Source of the DNA: Folioceros fuciformis
Taxonomy: Eukaryota
Direction: 5' to 3'
DNA length: 56,985 nucleotides
NCBI GenBank assembly: GCA_049999805.1
Contig: JBNGIO010006178.1
Coordinates: forward strand, 274,131-331,115
The notes under the pieces: generated by a model
The model's input: only the letters and a program-made list of their open reading frames with translations
The model's database searches: none
What the model was told of the DNA's origin: nothing
Made by a program: the position numbers and the translations under genes
In this document: in pieces, positions 1-11,105 of the stretch
Position numbering within the stretch: position 1 is the first letter of the stretch
Layout: the number at the start of each line of letters is the position of its first letter

Positions 1-433
1 GCTTTGTGGACAAGGCAGCAAGCAATGCAATGCTTTGTGGACAAGGCGGCTGGGCAACCACAATCCTCTTCTCCCATGCACTCGCACACCTACAACCATT
101 CTCTTTGGCATGACATCAAACCAGGAAAAGGCATCACCTCACTCCAATGGGTTGCAATTGGGCTCCTTTGGACATGATCAACATAGCAATCACAATCTGG
201 TAGAGATCAATTACATATTAAGATAGATAGGATGCATGTTTCACTACGGAGTTTCATTGGAACTAAGTGCAGATGGGAGAAGTTCAGTTCCCAAAAGTTT
301 GTTGCATCACAACATAATCTGCCTACCTCTTATTAAATGAACACATTAAGGATTATAGATCCTTATAAACCACATAGTAGATGAGATTTCTCAAGTCTCT
401 AAGTTGATAGTCATGCATGTTCTAAGAAACATA

Positions 434-3143
434 CTAGGCTACATCTAAAAGTCTTTTCTTTTTCGCATAGTACAGAATAAAGCAAGTAATTACTATACTA
501 CTCACAATAATTGCCCATGTGCAAGGCCAAAACCCTGACCCATGGGTGACATGAAACATGTTGATGTCAATGTTCATGCCAAAAACTCCGCTGAGAGCGG
601 TGCCTATGCCCATTGAGAAACCCATTGCTATGAATATTAATTGTAATTGCATGACATGGTTCCGGTTTGTGTCCAACATGAAATTAATGTGTGCTTGAGT
701 CGCAGTTGTATATGAATGAATCTACAACCACAAACAAACAAACAAAAGAAGTTAAAGAAAAAGTACTTATGATGCAAATAAATTGTAAAAGAAAATGATA
801 CAATATTGCCTTGCTTGGTGAACTAATCTTTCAAAATATATAGCAAATAATGGAACATGTTTTCGTTTGCATTTGCATACATTGTCCAACTTTCTCAATA
901 TGCTATCGAACTTCGTGAAGTAAAAATACATTAACATTTCAAGCTCTTGGATATATGGATCTTCAGTGATTGAGATAGAAGATTCTTCGTTAGGGAGTCT
1001 TGTCAATGGCTTTTTTAACTTTTTCCAAGAAGCTTCCTTTGTGAGAACTGGAGTTTTTCTTTTAGAAGGACTAAATAGACGGCGCAAGGTGGGAGCCTCA
1101 TGCTTATATTTCTTAAGATGGAAGTAAATCATCTCATCCTCATTATCTAAAACATATTCAAGTTGATCTCTTATCTGATGAAGATTAAAATTAAATTTAT
1201 CATTATTATTTATAATTTTAACACCAAGCTACTCCTAAGTCCTTAGTGAAAGAATACATGTTGTCTAAGATTAAGAAGGAGAGAAGATACAAACATTGCA
1301 AAAAGATACTTACGTTTTTCACTCTTGTAGAGAGTCCAGCATGCCTGGCTTTCAACTTCCTCAGAGCATCAAGTAGTTTAGCATCGATTAGAACTGCTAG
1401 TTTATCTAGACATGGAATAATATTCTTCTCAAGTTCTATTACCTTTTCAAAGAGATATGTGTGAACAGTTTCCAATGTTATTTCTAAGAATTGAAATTCA
1501 AACGGGGAGTCTTCTGGGGCTAGAGGTAAGCTTATTGAGGAATGCATAGTTGAGTCTATTATACTCGTTTCATTCATCTTGTCTTCTTCTTCAATTAGCT
1601 TAGTCTTACTCTCACCTTCAATCATCGGTTCCTCTTGTGTCCCTTTTGAGATAACATGACTTGCTAGAGAAGAAACAGTGTCAGACAATCGTCTTTCACT
1701 TTGCAAAGGTTGGGTCTCTTGTTCTCCCGATGGATTCTCTACCTTCTTTTTTAAGATAATGTGAATAGTTTCAAGTAAGTTCTTCCTATCACCTTTTATG
1801 TTTGTAACATCGACGTCTATAGCACCCACTTCACGCTCATCGACATAATAGGAGGGAATGTTATCACGAGCATTGCTAGATGAGGATATGGTTAGCTCTT
1901 GAGCTATAGCAACATGATCATTGTCATATGATGGTTTGAGACTGCTATGTTCTACAGGTGCTTCCTCTTGATTAAGAAGTGGCAAAGTCATGTTCCCCAT
2001 CTCCACCCTTCCAGTGTCATAGTAATAAGATGAGGAAGACCTCCTATTGTTTGTGTTATCCTGTCCTCTTTCTTGGTCACCTTCATCAAAGGCATTGCCA
2101 CTTGATATGTCAATCTTTCCTACTCTCTCGTAGGGATTGTTGAGCTCATACTCCTCACCAGATTTTATACTTCCCAATTCGTCATCCACATCCTGGCCAC
2201 CAAAGTTCTCAACGTAAGTATCATGCAAATTTTGTATAAGGGCCCTGCTTTCCACTGTCGAAGTTTCGAACATATTTTGAGTGGACGGTTCCTCGTCTAT
2301 CTCGTGAGCGACTTCTTCTGGAAGTGGGGCATCGTGCTTTGGGACATCATAAGCGTTTGGAGGTGACGGATCTTGCAGCTCGGTGGCAGCAACATGCAGT
2401 AGAGGCTCATTCGACTTTCCAATCTCAATATCTGTGAAAGATGGTTCTTCTTTCTGTATCTGAGGCTTGCTTTCCACCTCATCCGTCCGAGATCTTTCTG
2501 CCCACCTTGAACTTTCGAATTGCACTCTGAAATCTGCCAAATTTGAACTATGGAATTGGGCAAAAAGATTATACACTTGCGCTTCCACAATCGCGTGAAA
2601 GGGATACAACAAAAATGCGTCTTCTGTAGTAAGAATCGCTCTGACGAATTCTACATTTATGACAATAGCTGTACCTCTCCCTGCACAGGATTCGCAAGTG
2701 ATCAGTTGGCATCTCCTGTCACCGTGGCAAGAGGTCTACTTGAAAGGACATCCGCAAGGGTGATGTTTCTCACCTAAGCAGAATTTTCCGAGCTCCGGCC
2801 CCAGAGGGTCTTAGCAGGCAGAAGGTTGCTCACCCACGATACCCGTGCGATTCGCAAATAGAGGCCCCTGTCGCCGCAGGTCTGAAGCAGGTAGCCGCGA
2901 CATTCGCAAGATGTCACGCTTGCTGAGGTTCTCCACTTCAAATTTGCCCTCCGCGCTGATGTGAAGCCACTCCCTCGACTCTGCCTTAGCCTTCGAAACC
3001 CTATTCTTTTGTTTGAATGTGACCTTAGAGGCATCCTCAAGGCTGTAGGACGGCCTGTGAAAAGGAGGACTGCTCGGTCTAGAAGGAGGAGAATTCGGTG
3101 TCGGGATTCCGGCATTTGGCCCATTCGGACTTCCATTTGCCAT
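434..3143 (-). CDS. MRS2: MRS2/MGT (CorA-family) magnesium transporter, 4 exons, with a ~345-aa acidic low-complexity insert
   Basis: Exons inferred from GT-AG sites that keep frame: 3143-2834, 2680-1314, 1174-881, 721-434. Spliced product has MRS2 motifs: LPASDLRR..PLF, GRGTAIVINVEFVRAILT, SPFEFQFLE, IRDQLEYVLDNEDEM, LEML..YF, LDTNRN and the CorA signature GVFGMN between two C-terminal TM helices. Confidence 0.88.
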
Positions 3144-3622
3144 TTGTCTTTCCCACCTCCCTTCTCTTCAACTCTTACTTCCGAGATCCAGCCTGCACCA
3201 CTTTTACGCACAGCTGTCTCCAAATGGATGCGAGGAAACAGCTTTGTCGGCACCGCTGTTGTTAGGTTTTCACTGGCTTCGGAAGTTAACTGCCGATTCC
3301 CAAGTTGTACCCTACTTTCAACTAACCACGCTTGGCTTAGACACGGATCCTCTCCCACACATGTACAGGACCCAAGATACGTGCGTTGCACTCCCTCACC
3401 TGCTCCCTTCGAGTGCGCCTCGCCGAAGCGGCCAAACGAGGACTCACTGGGTGGCGAGGTAACTGGGTCGCTGAAACCAAACCCGAGAGACGCTGAGTAT
3501 CAGGGTACAAAGACTGGCGGACACGAAAACTCCACTCAACCCTGAAAACATACCCTGGGCACTCGTATATTCTTGCCGCAGCCCGCAATCGACCAGGGCT
3601 GCGTTTGTCTACCTGTTGATCC

Positions 3623-6600
3623 TCACAGGTAAAGAGAGCCAGCAAATACAATGTCACGCTTGATACTTGTACTAGCCTCCTCAAACTTGGCTTCCAAGTC
3701 CGTCTCCCCGATAGCCCTCGCAGCAACGATAACCTGCTGCAAGACTTCTTCCAATCGCTTCAAGGCACGAATTAGACTGCCTTCAAAAATAGAATCAGTC
3801 ATCCTCATGATCTCTAAGAACTTCGCTCCCTTGCTCCAGGAATGGACAATCTCCATGATATCTGGCCTGAAAGATGCAACGTATTCCGTCACATCGATTT
3901 CCATTTTACTCTCATGCTGAACTTTCCCAACCCGTTTAGCAGTATCTGTGACATGAGAATACAGGCCTTGAAGACTTTCAGGAAGTTTCGTGAATCCTTT
4001 GGTCTTCTCTTGCCAAACAAAGCATGACAAAATTGCAGCAACTTGTTCCACTGTGGCTTCTGTGAACGCTCCGCTGAACATCAGCTCAGTGAGAACTAGT
4101 TCATCTGCACTGCTTATCTCACAAGCCACCCTGCCTTTCAATTCAACCACATCATCTGCTGTTATATATCCTAGGCGCCTGAGTACCCTCTTGCGGGCTT
4201 TCAACTCCTCCTTGAACACAAGAGTCGATGCAGTTCGAGCGTCCTTGCGGGAAACCTTGATGGTTTGCAGTAGAGTTTCCTTCCTGTGAAACATCTTCAA
4301 TCGCGGTAAAAGAGTAGGCGAGTCTGCTATAGCATGCCTTGAAAGCAGCCCCTCTATGGCTTCAGCTTGCCTGACTGCTTTCTTGTACTCACTACTCTTC
4401 ACGTGCATGTCTTCCTCTGGATCCAGAAGCTGCACGCCGTCAGGGAACTGGCTGAGCACATTTCGGAGCGTCTTCAGTGCTCGCTGTCGAGCTTCAATGG
4501 AGATCAAGTCCTTGGGAAGGACAACACGTATGACACTTAAACTGTCCAATTGAGAGAGAGGAACAGCAGCCACCATGGGCTCACCACGCTCATCCAGCCG
4601 AACGACCTGCACCGTTTTCTTCCGGCCATCTGCACTTGCAACACAGTTGCTCAAAACGTCCACGATGTAACCTTGAGGTTGTTTCCGAGTCTCATCAGTG
4701 CCATTACCAAGGTCTTTTGGTCCAGGAGCTTTCTCAAAATTGACAACAACACCCCAGACAGCTGGTGCATCCATCGAGAATGGAGCATCAGTCGCTGCAG
4801 TATCCAGATGTTTCTCCAACATGCGGACAAGTCTCCCCGGCTGCAGGAATGGCAAGCAGTTACTAGGAGAGAAGACTGTAGCTCGAATAGTGCTTCTGAG
4901 TTCCCTGAGCTGCTGTATTAGAGAGTAATAGTCCTGAACCTGCTCCTCCTCCTCAATCACAATTGAATCCCTTTCCTCTTCCAGCTTCTTTACCTCAACC
5001 AGAAGCTTAGGAAGAGCACGATCAGACTGAAACTGGTGGAAGGACTGCAGAAGCAGAGTTTCCGGATTGCTTTCTTCACAGCGCATCTGGTTCAACAGCA
5101 TGCTATAACTTAGATGGAAGGCACTGTTGAGGGGATCTGCAAGCCCCTTAATCATGGACTTGCAGGCAGATGGCTCAAGTTTTTCATCCAACATAAGAAC
5201 GCAAACGCCCCTAACATCAATGCCCCGGCGCCCAGCACGTCCACTCATCTGAATGTACTCTCCACTTGTTAACCACCGAAACCTGTCCCCATCATACTTC
5301 CTGACATTTGTAAAAACCACTGTCTTAGCTGGCATATTGAGGCCAATACTAAAAGTTTCAGTGGCAAACAGGCAACGAATGAGGCCCTCTTGAAACAGAA
5401 TCTCGATTACTTCTTTCAGTACAGGAAGGAGCCCAGAATGGTGAACACCAATCCCACGTCTAAGCAGGGGAAGAATCAAGGCAACCTGAGGAAGCTTCTT
5501 GTCATCGTCGGACAGCGAATCCAAAGCATTCCAAAACACACCATCCACAAACTTTTTCTCGTCGTCACTCGTCAGGTCAAGTCGCACCATCTCGTTTGCC
5601 AGTCGTTCGCAGTCCCTCTTACTGAAACTGAACACAATCACAGGATCATACTGGCGCAACATGATCATTTGCACCAACTTAAAGATGTCACTGGACCCCT
5701 CGCCAACTCCTTTACCCCGCCTATGCTTCCTATCTCTAGCAGCCGCAACAGTCGGTGCGACCGAGTTCACCGCCTTCTGGAAATTGTCTTCCTTAAACTT
5801 TCCCTTTTCATCGACCACAAGGTGCAGCCCATCCCCTCCTGCAGGGAAGATGAAATGCTGCAGGGGGGTGGGCCGAAAGTCAGTGTACACAATGTGGCAA
5901 GGTTGCTGATGCACCTTGGCCACCCAATCCGCAAACTCCTTGGCGTTCGGAACGGTGGCTGACAGAAACACAAACCGAGCATTCCGGGGCGCCATGACAA
6001 TGCTCTCCTCCCACACCACCCCGCGCTCCCTATCCCGCATGTAGTGCACCTCATCAAAAATAATCCATGCCACCTCTCTCATGACCTCCGACCCCCGGTA
6101 CTGCATGCTCCGAAGAATCTCGGTGGTCATGACCAGGCACGAGGCATTGGGAGCTATAGTCACGTCCCCTGTCATAAGACCCACGTCCGAGAATTCCTCA
6201 TGCAGCTCCCTGTACTTCTGGTTGCTCAAGGCCTTGATCGGTGAAGTGTAGATCACCTTCTGGCCATCCCTAAACGCCATGGCGATCGCATACTCTGCCA
6301 CCACCGTCTTGCCCGCAGAAGTGTGCGCTGACACCAGGACAGACTCCCCTGCTTCCAAACACCGTATGGCCTCCGTCTGGAAAGGATCCAACGTGAAAGG
6401 ATACTCCTTTGCGGGCTTGGAGGGGGCTTCCCTCTTCTCCCGCCCTTCATACCCCTCCGGATACGATACATCGTGCAAGCAGATGAGCGAGTCTGTGACA
6501 TTGTCAACGATAGCCTCTCCCCCAGCAAGCCCAAGAGGGACGGGTGCAACTTCGGTGCTCACGCCATCCTCTGCGACATGCTTCACCTCGCTATCCCCCG

Positions 6601-6664
6601 CCACACGCTTTACATCGCGATACTCCACGCTCTCAGCTTCGTGCTTGCGCTTGCGAGCCGCCAT
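3623..6664 (-). CDS. MTR4: DExH-box Ski2-like RNA helicase MTR4 (exosome cofactor), intronless, 1013 aa
   Basis: Single ORF with motif I AHTSAGKT, motif II DEVH, SAT, motif VI QMSGRAGRRG, arch/KOW region and C-terminal IKRDIVFAGSLYL. N-terminal CLHDVSYP and RSMQYRGSE fit the plant MTR4 clade better than HEN2. Confidence 0.93.
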   Translation of the reverse strand: MAARKRKHEAESVEYRDVKRVAGDSEVKHVAEDGVSTEVAPVPLGLAGGEAIVDNVTDSLICLHDVSYPEGYEGREKREAPSKPAKEYPFTLDPFQTEAIRCLEAGESVLVSAHTSAGKTVVAEYAIAMAFRDGQKVIYTSPIKALSNQKYRELHEEFSDVGLMTGDVTIAPNASCLVMTTEILRSMQYRGSEVMREVAWIIFDEVHYMRDRERGVVWEESIVMAPRNARFVFLSATVPNAKEFADWVAKVHQQPCHIVYTDFRPTPLQHFIFPAGGDGLHLVVDEKGKFKEDNFQKAVNSVAPTVAAARDRKHRRGKGVGEGSSDIFKLVQMIMLRQYDPVIVFSFSKRDCERLANEMVRLDLTSDDEKKFVDGVFWNALDSLSDDDKKLPQVALILPLLRRGIGVHHSGLLPVLKEVIEILFQEGLIRCLFATETFSIGLNMPAKTVVFTNVRKYDGDRFRWLTSGEYIQMSGRAGRRGIDVRGVCVLMLDEKLEPSACKSMIKGLADPLNSAFHLSYSMLLNQMRCEESNPETLLLQSFHQFQSDRALPKLLVEVKKLEEERDSIVIEEEEQVQDYYSLIQQLRELRSTIRATVFSPSNCLPFLQPGRLVRMLEKHLDTAATDAPFSMDAPAVWGVVVNFEKAPGPKDLGNGTDETRKQPQGYIVDVLSNCVASADGRKKTVQVVRLDERGEPMVAAVPLSQLDSLSVIRVVLPKDLISIEARQRALKTLRNVLSQFPDGVQLLDPEEDMHVKSSEYKKAVRQAEAIEGLLSRHAIADSPTLLPRLKMFHRKETLLQTIKVSRKDARTASTLVFKEELKARKRVLRRLGYITADDVVELKGRVACEISSADELVLTELMFSGAFTEATVEQVAAILSCFVWQEKTKGFTKLPESLQGLYSHVTDTAKRVGKVQHESKMEIDVTEYVASFRPDIMEIVHSWSKGAKFLEIMRMTDSIFEGSLIRALKRLEEVLQQVIVAARAIGETDLEAKFEEASTSIKRDIVFAGSLYL

Positions 6665-7472
6665 GCTTGCCGGACCTGTTGCATTCAGACAGGATGACCC
6701 AGTTTTCCTAAGTTAGGGCTCATCTATGGCAGACATAATACATTACCCAAAATGTGAAGCCTTTTTATAGTGGGAGAAAGGAGCTTTCTATTTTTGTTTT
6801 GAGTGGGCACTCTAAATCGTAATCCTGTTTTGGACTACAAGTGTATGTATTGGCACTATACCAAAACGAACTGGTTTCATATTATCTAAATGCGACCTCC
6901 TTAACTATTATATCTTTATAAATGTTACGATTTTAATACTTTCAATTTGGGGATTAAGGTTAAATATTATCTTTCTATAAATATTATATATTACCTATTC
7001 TAGAAAAAATAGATACTCCCAATCATTGTAATCTAATTTCATAAATATTATTTTAATTATTTTTAAGTTAATTATTATACTAATATTAATTATTTATATT
7101 ATCATATTAATTATTTATAATATTTACTTGAATTTATTTTAATTTATAATTATTTATTTATATCATGTATATTAAATATTTTATTCTTAAGAAAAAGACT
7201 TAAGACTAAATTCTCTACCCGATGTCCTACTCCTAGGTAACATTTAGGGAGGGTCCAATGTACACATATAGTCTACTCAAGTGGTTCCACTTACGTAGTA
7301 ATCTCAAAATTATTTAATATTTTTTTAATATGGCAAAAGTGTGTGAAATCCTACTCTTAGTTATGGGCTTACTAGTCATTCAATCCTCTAGAGAGAAGAT
7401 AGAGTCCATGAACACAATGATGATTCTATGCAATTATCATACTTACACTTATGAGTCACGCTACAACATGAA

Positions 7473-7527
7473 ATCCTAAGCTCTAAGAACATGACTACAT
7501 GGAACCCTAAGCTCTAAGAACATGACT
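7473..7527. repeat. Two-copy ~31-bp direct repeat (cctaagctctaagaacatgact core)
   Basis: Read directly; shares the gctctaagaac core with the downstream minisatellite. Confidence 0.7.
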
Positions 7528-7689
7528 GGAGAACATAAAGAATTTGGAAATTAATTGAACTTGGTCCTTGATAATGGTAAGGTATTTTAGATCAACTTAT
7601 TGCAACTTTAACATCAATTCTCACAAAATATCACCATAGATTCTTGCTAAGAACTCAACTTCATACTCACCATTTTTATGAGGAATTGA

Positions 7690-7978
7690 GGTATCTTTAG
7701 GAAGGGTTGAGGATGCTAGATTAGACTTGCAATAATTCATATGACGAATAGGTCTAAGAAAAGGTTGGAGATGTTGAATTATAACTACAATAGATCACAC
7801 AAGGAATAGCTCTAAGAACGATTGGAGATGCTACATTGGGCCTGCAATACATCATACAAGGATATAGCTCTAAGAACGGTTGGAGATGCTAAATTAGACC
7901 TACAATAGATCATACGAGGGATAGCTCTAAGAATGGTTGGAGATGCTAGATGAGACCTACAATAGATCATACAAGGAA
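7690..7978. repeat. Minisatellite, 57-58-bp unit, ~5 degenerate copies
   Basis: The unit atagctctaagaacggttggagatgctagattagacctacaatagatcatacaagg recurs with starts near 7748, 7806, 7864 and 7921, plus a degenerate copy near 7690. Confidence 0.85.
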
Positions 7979-8257
7979 TGGTTGTAGGCACAACTAGCTC
8001 AATGGCCAGTGAAGTTATTATGGGTGAAGCCAAGGTATGGTTTGTATCCTGTTCTTGCTTTTGGGAGGCATGAAGTCTTTCTTCATATATAATTCGAGAG
8101 TTGCTCAAATCCTTCCTAATTTTAGTCGCTATGCCTCCTACTCATACTTCATCTAATAAAAAAATTCACCCTTTGGCTTTCACCCACAAATTGCAATCCA
8201 AGCATCATCTTCTAGCTAAATGGTACACAAAACACATGTTCCGATTTTCCTTTTTAT

Positions 8258-8421
8258 AACATAACTACCAGAGGAGTGTCTCCAAACTCGAAAGAAAGGT
8301 ATGATTTTCAAATCACCAATTTTGAAATGGCCCTCTTCACAGGCCCAACATAACTACCTGAGGAGTGTCTCCAAACTCGAAAGAAAGGTATGATTTTCAA
8401 ATCGCCAATTTTGAAATGGCC
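8258..8421. repeat. Near-perfect tandem duplication, period 89 bp
   Basis: aacataactacc[a/t]gaggagtgtctccaaactcgaaagaaaggtatgattttcaaatc[a/g]ccaattttgaaatggcc starts at 8258 and again at 8347. Confidence 0.9.
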
Positions 8422-8429
8422 GAAGATGC

Positions 8430-10150
8430 CACTTGATTTGCGCTTGTTGCTATTCTAAAAACCACATTGGCCAATGCTTATTGCAAAGCAATGGATAAGC
8501 GTTGCTAAAAAAAGCCACCACACAGAAAAAAGAGAGAGAACATCATTCTTATTACAGTGATAAACCTTGGCGTACTCCTTGATAAACCTTGAAAAGTCCT
8601 TGCCCATAGCCCCATGAATATCCCCATGAATATCAAGAGCAAGGGGAATGATAGTATGCCTATCTTGTAGGAGATAATTCTTATGGACACAACCCTCTAT
8701 CACCCAACTAGGGGGGTTGATGATGACATGCTCAAAAATCAAATCCCTAAGCAAAATCTCATCTCTTTTATACCATCTTGTATATCTTTTCAAGCTCTTT
8801 TTTTCTTTTTGGCTAGAAACTACTTGCATATCAAGCCATGAAGTGCTTAAGTTTGAATCACAAATCTGTAGTCGAAGATCTTTATGTGAATTGGCAAGGG
8901 CATTTAACACCATTATGTTTGTTTTTAAAGCAAAAGGGTAAGGTTAAAAACCCTAAACCCTTTTTGATCATTTTGTGTTTGTTTCAAAACATTATTTGGA
9001 TTACACTTCTGTTTTCAAAAATCGTTGGTAAACTTACAAAGGCATTTAGTCTCATTCTAAGCATAAATTTGGCTACTTGTTTGCATAACCTTGTGGAGCT
9101 CTTAACGCTTTGCAAGATGATGGTTTTAACTTTTTCTTATAATGCTTCATTGCATCCCATAAACACTAAAGCTTGGATTAACCTTTTGTTTTTGAAGGGC
9201 TTGCGAAGGTGAACTTGTAAGAGTATTTAACCATCTTCTATCTATCATTATGAAAACGTTTTTATACTATCTTACAAATCTCATAAGTTGTAGAAGGTGA
9301 TATTTTCATCTTTTTTTCAAAAGTACTTGTGTAGCACAACATGCCTTCGAATGCCAAAGTTTGTATTAGAAGTTTGTTCCCGAATTATTTGAAAACTTTC
9401 AATGAAATTTAGTCCTGCATTGTCCATCAACAAATACATTGTATTATACCAAAATGAAAAGATTTTCAACATGTATAAGATGGTGATTACAACTGTGCTA
9501 AAAAAAGCTCGTATCAAATCCCCTGAAGTACCAACTATCACAGGGATTTTAGTCTATCGTGTGTTCTGTGTTGTCTATGCTAATGTTTCAATAGAGCATA
9601 AGAGCATAGTGTTGAATGTCTACTAAGGTCTTGAATGCATCCTCCTTCCGCACCTATCAAGATATTAGATTTGTCTTGTGGTAAACAAAGCTCATCTATG
9701 TATCGTTTTGATGGATCCAATTCTCAGATTGAAACAATGAGCGTTGTATATTCCACAACTGTGGCATCTTCAACTCCATACTTGCAATTCACAATCAGTT
9801 AAGGTAGGCCTCTGCCAAACATATGGAACCCCAAAGCAACAGCCTTGTCCCATGATATACATGTTCTTGGCAATATGCTAACGAAGGAAGGCTATAATTG
9901 ATAAACAAGTACCATACAAGTTGGGTATGACATTCAATATTCTCTTTGCCAATGCTTATCTCTTCTCTCTAAGTTGTGTTGGTGCTAAGCTGTCCCATGA
10001 AGCTCTTCCCCAGAGACCCATTGTGGATAATGTCTTTCACAAAATATGGGGAATAAGAATTCCCGTTGTCTCCAACACAACAATACTTGAAGCTGCCAAT
10101 AATATTATAAAGAGCACATGCATGACATTATCAAAAGAGTTCAAATCCTT
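8430..10150 (-). mobile_element. Decayed non-LTR retrotransposon 3' end, restriction-like-endonuclease (CRE/NeSL-like) type
   Basis: Broken minus-strand frames give a CCHC-like knuckle and HD motif (DRCGRR...RHSTLC...RTHDRLK, ~9545-9660), an RLE-like IIPLALDIHG..GAMGKDFSRFIKE (~8575-8655) and a terminal FF*QRLSIALQ (~8480-8515). Many stops and frameshifts; boundaries approximate. Confidence 0.42.
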
Positions 10151-10163
10151 TTAATCTTGGACA

Positions 10164-10900
10164 TGTAAAGAATAAGTCGCTTAAGAATATTGACAGGATC
10201 CATATATCCAAATAATTAAATAAGAATATAATGCACATGAACCAAGTACATACTTAGACTCCAGAGGACAAAAGTGCACAATGAGAATAGAAATGTACAA
10301 TGAGACTTTAGTGACCTTTATATGCATGAGAGAGGAAAAGGCAAACCTAATAGTCCTAAAGTATAATGGGTGAAGCTTAACTAAGTCCTAACAGCCCTCC
10401 ACATATAATAAGGTAGACCCTTTCATGGTTCTTTGAACCTTTTGAGGTCCCGCTACAGCTCCCTTAGGTGCCCAACTATGTATTCTATAGGAACATGATC
10501 ACACTATGATGAAGATGAAGTCTACTCAACATTGAAAGAGGTTATTCTTATTATCATGACCCAATTGATACAAACAAGAACTTCTCCACATGGATTCCTA
10601 AAAGAAATTCACTAAGGCCCATGGTGTACAAGTCCATAACTTAACACCTATAGAGATTGTATGTGAATATGAAGTAGAACCTTCACATTATGCTTGTTTC
10701 CAGCTTTTTTAAGATGTGGTCTACTAGGCTTTATTCTGTTCATTTATCTATATGAAAACATCAAAAAAAATAATGGTTTAGAGTCTGCCCCAATCATTGC
10801 TCATCATCTTTCTATGATCTCATTGGTGGAGAACAACAAGATGTGTGTGGAATAAGAATATCTGCGTTGTCGAATGAGTGTTGAGAGATTGCGTATGTAA
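10164..10900 (-). mobile_element. Truncated Ty1/copia-like relic: putative 3' LTR (10164-10393), polypurine tract and decayed pol end
   Basis: TG...CA segment with imperfect inverted ends (tgtaaaga / tcctaaca), preceded on the minus strand by purine-rich tgtggagggc (10403-10394). Adjacent minus-strand frames give weak RT/RNaseH-like fragments (MGLSEFLLGIHVEK; HVPIEYIVG..RFKE). Confidence 0.38.
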
Positions 10901-11105
10901 AAGTTGAAAATAAAATAACACGCATGCTTCCTCGGGCCAGATTCTGGTTTGGACAGCGCAAAATGATAGAGAGAGGACAAAGAGCATCCCTAACGAACGA
11001 AGACTACGCTAACGCATAGAACTCCTGATAGTTGGTTGCGGAGCTGAAACGGATGTCTTGAAGTGGCATCTATCCTCACTTCCGCTGGGGCTGACACGCG
11101 ACACA

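Noticed and set aside
2774-3545. Overlapping 205-aa (-) and 194-aa (+) ORFs
   Set aside because: They overlap MRS2 exon 1 and its leader in other frames, have no recognisable motifs, and are expected by chance in GC-rich DNA.
8945-8960. aaaccctaaaccc telomere-like motif
   Set aside because: Fewer than two full units inside a TE relic; not an interstitial telomere array.
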